A stretch of DNA of 59,940 nucleotides, from positions 1 through 59,940 of the forward strand of contig DGPZ01000089.1 of the NCBI GenBank assembly GCA_002390675.1, read 5' to 3'. Numbering within the stretch: position 1 is the stretch's first letter; every line of letters starts with the position of its first letter. Made by a program: the position numbers and the translations under genes. Shown piece after piece: positions 50,193-59,634 of this stretch. Under the pieces are notes generated by a model, which made no database searches, was not told where the DNA came from, and saw nothing but the letters and a program-made list of their open reading frames with translations. This stretch comes from Deltaproteobacteria bacterium UBA4427 (lineage in GTDB: Bacteria; Myxococcota_A; UBA9160; UBA4427).

Positions 50193-50633
50193 CTAACGGG
50201 CTCGGCCGACCGCTGGATGAATATCCTCGGAAAGAGTCGGACGCGCGAGCTCCCAGAATGCCCGGAGAGACAGAATTTTCCCATCCGAATTAACTCGGTA
50301 GAGGAAGACGCCTTCAGACGCTTGTTCCGGGCGGTCGCCTATCCGTGTGTAGACGGTGCCAATGAACGCGCATTCTTCGCCACACGCATACGAGCGCGGA
50401 TAATCGAAGCTCACTTTGCCCATCGAAATAAACTTGTCATAGAAGGCCGTGATCGCCGCCTTCCCCTGATGGCCGTTGCCTTCGCGATCGAGGGGGGATG
50501 GACCTACCGGGTCCGCAAGAACTCCGTCTTCCGCGAAGAGATCGAGCCAAGCATCACGATTCCCCTCAGATACGTGCTTTTGTGAGAGCAGCCCCGCTCG
50601 CCGCGCGGGATGTTCGGATTCAGATTCTGCCAT
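50193..50633 (-). CDS. NTF2/SnoaL-like (ketosteroid isomerase-like) protein
   Basis: WLDLFAEDG.LADPVGPS, GKAAITAFYD, YRVN.DGKI.SLRAFW. Confidence 0.85.
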   Translation of the reverse strand: MAESESEHPARRAGLLSQKHVSEGNRDAWLDLFAEDGVLADPVGPSPLDREGNGHQGKAAITAFYDKFISMGKVSFDYPRSYACGEECAFIGTVYTRIGDRPEQASEGVFLYRVNSDGKILSLRAFWELARPTLSEDIHPAVGRAR

Positions 50634-50645
50634 AGAAAAACCTCC

Positions 50646-51596
50646 TTAGGCCTTAGTGGCTGCGCGTCGCATTTGGAGTGCTCCTGGGCCACCTGCCCAG
50701 TTCTCCAGCGTGAACGGCTCCTTGGTTTCTAGCCATTCGTATGGAAGCATCGCAGCGCCAGCTTCACTTTGACTGCGACTGGGATTAGATTCCTCCGCAG
50801 AACGGAGTGCGCCGCCTGCATGAACGAGCCCGTGGGCCCCTCGTCGCAGATGTGACGCATAGGGATCTGAACCGTCCGTCTGAGCTTCAATGAGTTCCAA
50901 CTCGAGGGTGCCTGCGCGACCCAGAGCGCGTCGCATTTGGGCCTCACCCGCTGGGTGCCGAAGCGTCGCGTTATGCGCCTTGCAGTCCTTCCAGCCGAAT
51001 GCCTCTGAATAGAATGCGAGCGTGGCGTTTAGGTCGGGAGTCACAATCGTCGCACGATCAACCTCGAACAAATTGGGACCCGAGGGATTCGAGTATTCAC
51101 CCTCCTCGTTTGTTTGGTCTTCGATCTTCGCCTCTCCCTTTTTACGGGAGGATTGTCCGGCCTGCTCTAGAAGCTCAAACATGGCGGGACCGGTAGGAAG
51201 ATCAACGAACGCGATGCGAAGACCACCGTATTCTATTTTTGAGTCGAGCCTCCCTCCGATTTTCTCAAGATGGGCCAGCGCATCGTCGCGTGAGCGCACC
51301 CCGATACCCAGATGCTGAAAGCCGACGCCGTATTCAGCTTGATATGCCGCGATCGCGTCGTATCCCTCGCGGACGTGTATCAGTTCCACTTGGACGCGCC
51401 CGGCCATCCCAAGTGCGACGTCCGTCACTTTGCGCCCGCGGAAGCCACGGTATTCGGCGTCATCAACCGGCGCTGTGAATTGTTGAAAGGGGCCCCAGCC
51501 AAACCGGCTGACGCAGTCAATTGCCGCTGCGGGTACATCATCGACGACGAAACAGACTTGGGAGGGAACGAGTTTCGGTCGGGAGGGTGAACTCAT
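50646..51596 (-). CDS. Tandem VOC protein (methylmalonyl-CoA epimerase-like)
   Basis: QVCFVVDD, FGWGP, VQVELI, GFQHLG, second unit LELELIE...GLVH. Confidence 0.75.
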   Translation of the reverse strand: MSSPSRPKLVPSQVCFVVDDVPAAAIDCVSRFGWGPFQQFTAPVDDAEYRGFRGRKVTDVALGMAGRVQVELIHVREGYDAIAAYQAEYGVGFQHLGIGVRSRDDALAHLEKIGGRLDSKIEYGGLRIAFVDLPTGPAMFELLEQAGQSSRKKGEAKIEDQTNEEGEYSNPSGPNLFEVDRATIVTPDLNATLAFYSEAFGWKDCKAHNATLRHPAGEAQMRRALGRAGTLELELIEAQTDGSDPYASHLRRGAHGLVHAGGALRSAEESNPSRSQSEAGAAMLPYEWLETKEPFTLENWAGGPGALQMRRAATKA

Positions 51597-51874
51597 CAGA
51601 GGAGCTCCGAACCAAAAAATGGCAGAGGTAACGGGGGACACAAACAGAGGGCGCCGATCGCCGAGGCTGGACCTAAGATTCGTCCACTGAGGGGAGCGAG
51701 TCAACGCCGTTGACGCCGACACCGAGACAACAGAAGCTCTTGATACAGCGCGTTTCTGAAACTCAGCAAGGCTCGGAGATATTGACCGGGCAGGCCATCC
51801 CGTGCAAAGCACGCACCCGCCGGTTGAGCATCGAACGAACGGGGAGATAGAAGAGAAATGGAACGGGACAGAGG

Positions 51875-53761
51875 ATGAGACTGATATGGAACGGCCTCTC
51901 GGGGGAAGGCACCTTTCGATCAATTCTCCCCGTGTTTCTCATCAGCTGGATGTTAGGCGGCTCTGCGCTCGCCGAACAAGAGCTTCTCTGGGGAGATACG
52001 CACGTCCACAGTTTTTACTCGACGGACTCCTATATCAACCAGAATTTCTCCGTCGGCCCCGCGGACGCCTATCGCTTCGCGAAAGGGCTACCGGTTTTGC
52101 ATCCAGCAACGGGTGCCCGTGTTCGGATCGAGACTCCACTTGATTTTCTTGTCGTATCGGACCACGCCGAAAGCTTTGGCATGTTCAAAGCAGCCAACGA
52201 AACAGGCCTCCCCCGTGATGGACTTGGACCGATTGATTGGCTGCACTCCTGGGGAATGGAGAAGGTGTTTCAGCGCTTCGCAGCGGACCCCACGAGCGTC
52301 GTCACGCTCCTGAAGTATGCATCCTCGGATACGAATGATGTTGTCGAGGCGGCGGCGAGTCCCGCGAGAATCCGAATTCCGAATGACGAGCCAGTGATGC
52401 AGGAGGCCTGGGTCGCGTCAACGAACGCGACGGAATCCGCGAACGATCCCGGGCGGTTCACAGCACTCATCGGATGGGAGTGGAGCGCGATCCCTGCAGG
52501 CTCGAATCTACATCGCGTTGTATTTACCAGTTCGGGCGCGGACGTGGCCCAGCAATTCACTCCTTTTTCCTCCTCCACGAGCAGCTATCCCGAGGACTTG
52601 TGGAAGTGGCTCGAGGAAACTTCCGGGGCCACTGGTGCGGACTTCGTTGCAATCCCTCACAACTCGAATATCTCACGGGGCTACATGTTTCCGGCAGAGA
52701 AGCGCTTGCGTGATACCCCCATCGATCGCGACTGGATCGAACTTCGCGCAAAGTGGGAAACAGTTGTTGAGGCCACGCAGATCAAGGGAGACTCAGAAAC
52801 CGATCCCGCGCTCTCGCCCCAGGATCGTTTCGCGGACTTCGAATCGTACCCGCATTACATCTCTCCAAATTCGATTCCATGGGATCCGGGAGAGGGCGAT
52901 TTCGTACGCTCCGCATTGCGTCGCGGCCTCGAGATCGAAGGCCAGTTTGGAGCGAATCCCTACCGCTTCGGATTGATCGGCTCGACGGATTCACACACGG
53001 GACTGCCGACCGCCGAAGAGCCCAATTTCTGGGGGAAGTTCCCAACCGATTCGACTTTAGAATCCAAGACACATTCGACTAACAGCATCGAGAACTTCGG
53101 GTGGGCACTATCCGCTTCGGGGCTGGCCGCCGTTTGGGCAGAGGAAAATACACGCGAGGCGATTCTTGCTGCATTCAAGCGAAGGGAGGTGTACGCCTCG
53201 ACGGGCCCGCGTATTGCGGTGAGGGTATTCGGGGGGACCGACTTCGTCCGTGGTGATGAATCATCTGTCGATGTGGCTGCTTTGCGCGCAAGAGGTGTCC
53301 CTATGGGCGGCGAACTTCGCGCACTCGAAGGCCCGCCATCCTTCGTGATTCAAGCCGCGAAGGATCCCAAGAGCGCGCACCTCGACCGGATACAGGTGAT
53401 TAAGGGCTGGTTCGCTGCGGGGAAATCCTTCGAACGAATCTACGACGTTGCTTGGTCTGGCGACCGTGAGAAGGATCCGTGGGGCAATGTCCCGAAGGTC
53501 GCGGATACGGTAGACCCTGATTCGGGGAACTACGATAACTCGACGGGAGCCGCGACACTGGCGACAGTCTGGAGTGATCCTCACTTCGACTCCACCCAGC
53601 CTGCGTTCTACTACGTGCGCGTGCTCGAGATCCCCACGCCGCGGCACTCGACGCTTGATGCGATTGCGCTCGGACGTGATGCCGAGACAACGGGTCAGCC
53701 GGTCTCACTTCAGGAACGCGCTTATACTTCGCCGATTCACTACTCCCCGAAGGCAAACTAA
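51875..53761 (+). CDS. DUF3604 domain protein (PHP-like metallo-fold, exported)
   Basis: WGDTHVHS, PLDFLVVSDHAE, GWEWS, NLHRVV, IPHNSN, GSTDSH, EVYASTG, YYVRVLEIPTPR, QERAYTSPIHY. Confidence 0.88.
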   Translation: MRLIWNGLSGEGTFRSILPVFLISWMLGGSALAEQELLWGDTHVHSFYSTDSYINQNFSVGPADAYRFAKGLPVLHPATGARVRIETPLDFLVVSDHAESFGMFKAANETGLPRDGLGPIDWLHSWGMEKVFQRFAADPTSVVTLLKYASSDTNDVVEAAASPARIRIPNDEPVMQEAWVASTNATESANDPGRFTALIGWEWSAIPAGSNLHRVVFTSSGADVAQQFTPFSSSTSSYPEDLWKWLEETSGATGADFVAIPHNSNISRGYMFPAEKRLRDTPIDRDWIELRAKWETVVEATQIKGDSETDPALSPQDRFADFESYPHYISPNSIPWDPGEGDFVRSALRRGLEIEGQFGANPYRFGLIGSTDSHTGLPTAEEPNFWGKFPTDSTLESKTHSTNSIENFGWALSASGLAAVWAEENTREAILAAFKRREVYASTGPRIAVRVFGGTDFVRGDESSVDVAALRARGVPMGGELRALEGPPSFVIQAAKDPKSAHLDRIQVIKGWFAAGKSFERIYDVAWSGDREKDPWGNVPKVADTVDPDSGNYDNSTGAATLATVWSDPHFDSTQPAFYYVRVLEIPTPRHSTLDAIALGRDAETTGQPVSLQERAYTSPIHYSPKAN

Positions 53762-53791
53762 TATTGACGGTGGCAATATTTTTGCGCGCGG

Positions 53792-54337
53792 GTGCTCAAG
53801 TGGGAATTAATCGAGGTGAGTAATGAAGCGAGTCGGCTGTCATGGGGGCATATCAATCTCAACGTTCGGGACCTTGAAGCCTCCGTCGCATTTTATGAAG
53901 GGCTGGGGTTCGAAATCCTGATGCCTTCGATTCCCTATATGGGCATCCTAAGGGAAGGCGAGCCGAGCCCGGTGCCCGCTGAGGGAATGCGCGCGCTTAA
54001 GCTGCCTGACGGCATAAGCGGACGGGGTTGCATCCTGCGACTGGGTTCGGGGTTCCCGATGCTCGACATAACAGAATGGGCGGGCAGGGCAGGACGTGCC
54101 CCTCTAGCGAATGAGGATCGTGGTCTAGTGCGAATTTGTCTCGCGTCTCAGAATTTGAGTGAGGACTACGAGCGTTTGACTGCGAGGGGCGTTCCGTTTT
54201 TGAGCGCGCCACAGGTGTGCCAGGGCGGGATGGCGGAGATCGCGATTTGTTTGGACCCGGACGGCTCTATGATCGAGTTAATTCAAGTTCGAATCGAAAA
54301 ATGGGCAGTACCGACCGCGCTCGGAACTGACGCCTAG
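53792..54337 (+). CDS. VOC family protein
   Basis: HINLNVRDLEASVAFYEGLGF, DRGLVRICL, DPDGSMIELIQ; true start may be the GTG at 53816. Confidence 0.8.
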   Translation: MLKWELIEVSNEASRLSWGHINLNVRDLEASVAFYEGLGFEILMPSIPYMGILREGEPSPVPAEGMRALKLPDGISGRGCILRLGSGFPMLDITEWAGRAGRAPLANEDRGLVRICLASQNLSEDYERLTARGVPFLSAPQVCQGGMAEIAICLDPDGSMIELIQVRIEKWAVPTALGTDA

Positions 54338-54362
54338 GGTGAGAATCAGGTTCACGCCGCAG

Positions 54363-55364
54363 TTAAAGCGGGGCGCCGGGATCGACCAAAAAATCTTCGA
54401 CTTGGATCTCGCTGCCGTAATCCGCAAAGTCGCCGGCGGAGCGCTGGTCACGGAAATGGGCCCAGCAGACCTCACGAAAGCGCGGCGTGAATCCCGATTC
54501 TTCTCGACCGACCAGAGGACTGCATAGCGTGTCGTAGCGTGGGTTGAAAAAGAAGGGCGCGCTGAAGCGTTCGCGATCCGTGCGCGCCAGCACGCGATGA
54601 ACCGGCGAGCGATAACGGTCGTTGCTCCAGACGCGAAGCATATCGCCCAGGTTGACGGTGAGGGCGTCAGGCTCGGACTGCACGGTTTCAAAAACATTCC
54701 TGTCCAAGACCTGCAAGCTTGAGACTTCGTCTTGGTAGAGGAGTGTGAATGCGCCTGCATCACTATGAGGATGAACCCCGAGGTGGCCGGTTGCAGGAAT
54801 AGGCGGGGCATCAGGCGCCGCTGGGTCCTCGCATCGCGGATAGTAATTGAGCCGAGTAAAGCTTGAGTCGTCCTCGAAGTATGGGTCTAGCCGGCTCTGC
54901 GCTAGGCCGAGACTTGTTGCGAGTGCCTTCAGAAGAGCGCGGGCGATGCGCGTACAGGCCGAGTGGTGATTCAAGAGGGTGCGCTGCAGTTGCGCCTCTC
55001 CCTTGGGCCACCGATTGACGCCGTCGCTGTGGGCAGCCCGCGCCCGGCCCTCCAATGACTCTGTGCCGTAGTCGAAAACCTCTTTCCAATCAGGCCGATT
55101 CTTTGTGAGTTCTTCGTCGTAGTAGCCCCAGGCATTATCGCGGGATCTTCGGACTAAATTCTTTGCATCGTCAGAGAGCGCGAAAAATGCGCGCATCGCC
55201 TGATCAAAAGCCGTGAGCTCCTTTCTACTAATTCCGTGTCCTACGATTTGAAATAGGCCGAGCCGTTGACACGGCTCTGCTATCTCGACCGCTACACGCG
55301 CGACCGCAGGGGCATGGCCCTCGAGGAGGCCGCTGATATCGATGATGTTGGGAGCCAAGGACAT
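54363..55364 (-). CDS. 2OG-Fe(II) oxygenase, isopenicillin N synthase family
   Basis: GLFQIVGHG, DWKEVFD, RLNYYP, HSDAG (HxD), NLGD..WSN, HRV, RFSAPFF. Confidence 0.9.
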   Translation of the reverse strand: MSLAPNIIDISGLLEGHAPAVARVAVEIAEPCQRLGLFQIVGHGISRKELTAFDQAMRAFFALSDDAKNLVRRSRDNAWGYYDEELTKNRPDWKEVFDYGTESLEGRARAAHSDGVNRWPKGEAQLQRTLLNHHSACTRIARALLKALATSLGLAQSRLDPYFEDDSSFTRLNYYPRCEDPAAPDAPPIPATGHLGVHPHSDAGAFTLLYQDEVSSLQVLDRNVFETVQSEPDALTVNLGDMLRVWSNDRYRSPVHRVLARTDRERFSAPFFFNPRYDTLCSPLVGREESGFTPRFREVCWAHFRDQRSAGDFADYGSEIQVEDFLVDPGAPL

Positions 55365-55654
55365 ATCGAGATCATACGGCGCCTTTATCGGCTGAGGAAT
55401 CGCTGGATTCGATTTTGCGGGGGGTGCGCTCGATATTTCGAGATCGAGGTCGGCGTCGAGGAGACGGAGCTGATACAGTTCGTACTCGCTCGGGCAAGTT
55501 TCGCCCGGTGACCGGAGCGTGAAGCTCTGAGTGCGAGCAGGCCGGACGTCTATGATTCTCTTGGCACTCGCCTTGCTCAGGAAGAACGCGCGAAAGCGCC
55601 GGCTTGGGGAGCCGCAGGGTACGTCGGCATGGCGTGGGTCACCGACCTAGCCGC

Positions 55655-58600
55655 CTAACGGCCGTGGGCTCTCTGAGTTCGCCGACGGGATAGTCCGAGC
55701 AGGGCGCTGACTCCAACGGTCAGCATGGTGAGTCCCGAGGGTTCTGGAACGATTGAAGGCTCACACGCGTCTCCTACGAGGTTCGAGTCTCCATCTTCTT
55801 GAGCGATGGAACAGACGCCCGCCGCTCCGCACTCTGTTCCAACGAGACATTCGAGCCCGAGAAGCGCCGTGTCGCCGGCGATGCAGGTACCACCGCCAGG
55901 GCCATTCGCCGCAGCGGGACAGTTGTCGAGGCCATTGAGGATTTGATCCTCATCCCGGTCAATACCCATACGCACGCCTGCGCCAGGCGGAACCGCTGTA
56001 TAGGTGAGCGATTGAGCATCGCCTGCAGGGTCTGCTTTCGCGCGAAGAGCCGCTTCCAAAATCGCTGGACCGCCGTCGTCCGGGGTGTAGAGGGCACCGT
56101 TCGTGCTCGTGTAACCCTTTTCGACGCCGCCCTCGACTGTCTTCACGATGACATCGCATTGGGTCACCAACCCGCCGAGAATTTTCGAAGCGAAGGCTTG
56201 ACCCGCTTGGGTATCGATGAGGCTGATACGGTTGTTGATATCGGTGACCGCGAAGGTCGCCGGCGTGATCGTCACCTGCTGGCCAACGATCGGCGCGATA
56301 TCGGTGGGCGAAGCGAGCATGAAGGCTTCGAGATCGAGCCGATCTTGCGGCGACAGAGCAAAGACCCCGGCGCTCACGAAGTTCAGCAAGGTATCCGTCG
56401 AGCCGTCATGTAGAAAGCCAGTGCCGCGCACCTGGTCTCCGGCGACGCTGAACATACCGACCTTGTTCACCATGTTTCGGATATGCGGAACCTTCATGTG
56501 CTGCGGTTCATTTTCGAAACTGTCTTCGCCGCCAGATCCGTAAAAGCCGTTTAGGGGGTCGAGGCTATGGCAGCCGTCGCAGTCTTCGACGGTGTCGGTT
56601 GCATTGACGTCCAGTTGCGCGCATTCCGTCGTCCCGGGGCCGCAGCTGAACCAACGGCCCTGACCGCGTGTTTCGCTCGGCGTTGGGATAGGTGGGTTGC
56701 GGAGTGTGTCGTCGAATCGTCGCACTGGGTTAGGCGGCAGCTGCACTTGGAAGATGAAGTCGGCGAATTGCTGCATCTCAGCGGACGTGATCGTGCCTTC
56801 TTTTCCGACGAGGCCTTCGAAGGCATCGATAAAGTTGCGGAAGGCCGGACCCTCTTCGCAGGGGGCTTCCGTCGCGTTCAGCTGGCTGTATCCTGCCGTA
56901 TTACAGGCGTCTGTACCGAAGAACCCGTCGGCACGATCCCCGCGCCAATGCAGCGCGCCATGGGTGGACATGCCGCGCAGGGTTTGCGTCGTCATGGGGC
57001 CTTTCATTGGATGAAATGGCTCCGTGGGATTCGTGAATTCGAGCACTGGGTCTGGTTGGGGCTGGTTGTTGATTCCCACCGCACCATCGGGATCACCGAG
57101 GTTCCAAGCCAGCGCATCGAAGTCGCCGAAAATATGGCAGCTCGCGCAGGACGCTTCGCCGTTGCCCGAGGTGGCGACCGCGTCGTAGAGGAAAGGGCGT
57201 CCGTCTACGAGAGAAGCCGGCTCAGGATTGTGCAGCGGGTGAATCGCCCAGGAGGCTTCGGTCGTGAGGTCTATGACTTCGATCGAGTTATTGAAACGCG
57301 TCATCACGTAAAGCCGATTATTGGTCTCATCGAGCGCCATGCCCGTGGGCCCGCCGCCGATCGTCGTCAAGTAGTCCGCGCTTTGGGCCGTTGGGTCAAA
57401 GTTGGCTTCGAAGGCGGGATCTTCGATCTCGGTTCGGCTGAAGACGCCGATTCGGGAGGAGCCGAAAGCAGCGACATAAAGCGTCTCGCCATCACTTGAG
57501 AGCACCGGCTGGAGCGGCGTCGCGAGGCTGTGATTTTTTTGTTGGTTGATGGCTGTGTGGTTGGCGCCTGCATCGGTATGCAAAGCGTTGTAGTCAATAT
57601 GTTGATTGAGGTGCTGAACATCAACCGAGGGAACGGCGAGGTCGAGGACCGAAATACGCGTTTCGGAAAGGTGTCCTTGAACTGTCGAGCCTCCGTGAAT
57701 GCCGGCGCCTTCGAAACGAATTTCGTTAGGGCTTTCGGTGTTAGTGACGTAGAGCTTTCCGCTTGCAGGATTGACGACCATGTTAAAGAGAATTGTGCCG
57801 ACGGATTCGAAGACAGTCCCCTTAGCCAGTGTATTCGCGTTCACCGTGAATACGTCATGGTCTGGGAGTGAGAAGGGCACCAGCGCGTCCCAGTCGCGCC
57901 CCAGAGCGTCCTTCCAGTTCACCCCATCAAACCTGACAATGAGACCGGTTTCTGGCGCTACGTCACCCCCATCGTTGTCATTAGGTCCAGGGACGCCGCC
58001 GGGAGCTCCGCCTCCTGCAACCGCGCTATCAAAACCGTCGGGAACGAAAGTTTCTCCGACAGTGGTGGTCTGATTGCCGGACATAAAGGCAGCGACGTAG
58101 ACATTCGTGCCATCAGTCGCGAGTCCCCGAGGCGTGTCGGCAAAGAAGGTGAGCACCTCGAGTGGCGTTCCGCCCAATGATGTGCCGAGGGCCAGCGCGT
58201 CGAAGACCCAAACGTCGGCGCGATCGATGCCCGGGGTGGTGAGCCGCGGATCCGCGGGATTGGCAGGGCTGAAGATGCCTGCGATCGAGGGATGCCTGCG
58301 GTGCTGGCCGCGATGCGCGGTGGAAATAAAGGCACGGTTGCCACCGGTTCCCGCAAACACAATATCTCGTGGTTCATCGCCAACGAGCAGGGTGCGGCTC
58401 ACGATCGGGGACGATCCAGAAAGATCGACGATGCTCACCGAGTCGCTCAGATGATTGACGACCCAGATCTCATCGTTCGTGCGGGCCGCGACGGCCACGG
58501 GCTCCATACCTACGGGAACCGACCCGACATGTGTTAGGCCGCCCGCGTGAACATCGAAGATTTCAAGGGCGTTATCGGGCGTATTCACCGCGAAGAGCTG

Positions 58601-58813
58601 CGATCCGTCAGGCGAAAGGGCTACCGGCCGAACGTGGCCGCTCTCAAACGCCACGAACGAAACTTGGGCTTGTGCCGCGAAAGTTGTCAGCAGCAGGAAG
58701 AGGCTTGCCAGGAACAGCAACGTACGACCCGGGTTGGGTTCCGTGACGCGGCGAATCGATACTGAGGCGCTGGAGTTGGTTCGGCTCCGAGATATGAGCT
58801 GACAGAGCATCAT
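55655..58813 (-). CDS. YVTN-type beta-propeller plus di-haem cytochrome c (CcP/MauG-like) protein with TSP3-like repeat and PEP-CTERM anchor
   Basis: Signal peptide, VPVGMEPVAVA/VVNHLSDSVSIVD propeller, CASCH and CDGCH, KVPHIRN, FLHDGS, DNCP/GDAC, VPEPSGLTMLTVGVSALLGLSRRR. Confidence 0.8.
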   Translation of the reverse strand: MMLCQLISRSRTNSSASVSIRRVTEPNPGRTLLFLASLFLLLTTFAAQAQVSFVAFESGHVRPVALSPDGSQLFAVNTPDNALEIFDVHAGGLTHVGSVPVGMEPVAVAARTNDEIWVVNHLSDSVSIVDLSGSSPIVSRTLLVGDEPRDIVFAGTGGNRAFISTAHRGQHRRHPSIAGIFSPANPADPRLTTPGIDRADVWVFDALALGTSLGGTPLEVLTFFADTPRGLATDGTNVYVAAFMSGNQTTTVGETFVPDGFDSAVAGGGAPGGVPGPNDNDGGDVAPETGLIVRFDGVNWKDALGRDWDALVPFSLPDHDVFTVNANTLAKGTVFESVGTILFNMVVNPASGKLYVTNTESPNEIRFEGAGIHGGSTVQGHLSETRISVLDLAVPSVDVQHLNQHIDYNALHTDAGANHTAINQQKNHSLATPLQPVLSSDGETLYVAAFGSSRIGVFSRTEIEDPAFEANFDPTAQSADYLTTIGGGPTGMALDETNNRLYVMTRFNNSIEVIDLTTEASWAIHPLHNPEPASLVDGRPFLYDAVATSGNGEASCASCHIFGDFDALAWNLGDPDGAVGINNQPQPDPVLEFTNPTEPFHPMKGPMTTQTLRGMSTHGALHWRGDRADGFFGTDACNTAGYSQLNATEAPCEEGPAFRNFIDAFEGLVGKEGTITSAEMQQFADFIFQVQLPPNPVRRFDDTLRNPPIPTPSETRGQGRWFSCGPGTTECAQLDVNATDTVEDCDGCHSLDPLNGFYGSGGEDSFENEPQHMKVPHIRNMVNKVGMFSVAGDQVRGTGFLHDGSTDTLLNFVSAGVFALSPQDRLDLEAFMLASPTDIAPIVGQQVTITPATFAVTDINNRISLIDTQAGQAFASKILGGLVTQCDVIVKTVEGGVEKGYTSTNGALYTPDDGGPAILEAALRAKADPAGDAQSLTYTAVPPGAGVRMGIDRDEDQILNGLDNCPAAANGPGGGTCIAGDTALLGLECLVGTECGAAGVCSIAQEDGDSNLVGDACEPSIVPEPSGLTMLTVGVSALLGLSRRRTQRAHGR

Positions 58814-59064
58814 TGTTGAAAATCACTCCTTAGAGGCGAAAAGCGATGGCCACGAAACGCCGACCCCCGGCTCAAGGTGTGGGGCGGGCACCTCGTCGTA
58901 TATTCTACGCCTATCTAGCCAAACTCATACGAAATTTCTTGCTGACGCGCGGGGAATCGACGAGAGCTGCCTAGATGCGTTTTTGAGCGGGCGAACGCGA
59001 GTCCTAAATCAAAATTGCGTTCCGATTGCGCTTCCGCGGATCCGTGTTCGGCTCATTGGCCGGC

Positions 59065-59592
59065 TTAGAGAGCGACCTCAAGGGTGTAGCGGCGGAGCTT
59101 GATCGCATGCATCTCAAGGGTCTCAACCTCGATCATATACAGGCCGGGTGCAAGGAAGTCCGCCGGCACTTTCAGTAGGAAATGCACCGGCCGCCCCTCG
59201 ATACGGTCTGCTCGTGTGTCGAGACGCCTCCCATCGACGCTGACAATCCGCGTGACTCGCGACGACTCTTCATAAGCACCGTCGTCGAGTTCGAGATCAA
59301 TCCCGATCTTAGTCGCATCGCCGAAAGCTTTTCCTGAGATAGACAGCCGGCCGCGTTCGCCGATTTCGAATCGCGGCTGCTCCGCCGAATCTTCGCTCGA
59401 ACTCGTCGCGGGCGAACAACCGATCGAAGCGAACACTGCGAGCGCAATTCCCAAGAGAAACACGAATCCAATTCGCCCATTCGGCGGCAGGTCGCGGGAC
59501 GCTCGATGACGGGTCGTGAACTTCAAAAGGATGGCCTCTAGCAAACGTTCAACAGAAATAACTGCCGGATGCGAATCCCGCAGCGCTTCCAT
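59065..59592 (-). CDS. Hypothetical lipoprotein (start uncertain)
   Basis: Hydrophobic stretch ending ASIGC; C-terminal LAPGLYMIEV Ig-like strand. Confidence 0.55.
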   Translation of the reverse strand: MEALRDSHPAVISVERLLEAILLKFTTRHRASRDLPPNGRIGFVFLLGIALAVFASIGCSPATSSSEDSAEQPRFEIGERGRLSISGKAFGDATKIGIDLELDDGAYEESSRVTRIVSVDGRRLDTRADRIEGRPVHFLLKVPADFLAPGLYMIEVETLEMHAIKLRRYTLEVAL

Positions 59593-59634
59593 TATAGTAC
59601 GGCGGTCGCCATTGCTCGGCGCAGGAGAAAGATC

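Noticed and set aside
55561-55577. Sigma-54-like TGGCAC-N5-TTGC on the plus strand
   Set aside because: It points into the 3' end of an opposite-strand gene with no plus-strand gene downstream; probably chance, though an antisense RNA cannot be excluded
56567-57499. Long antisense ORFs (also 14081-14806, 20284-21117, 33786-34469, 45579-46274, 46904-47611)
   Set aside because: Shadow frames of well-supported genes in GC-rich DNA, with no motifs
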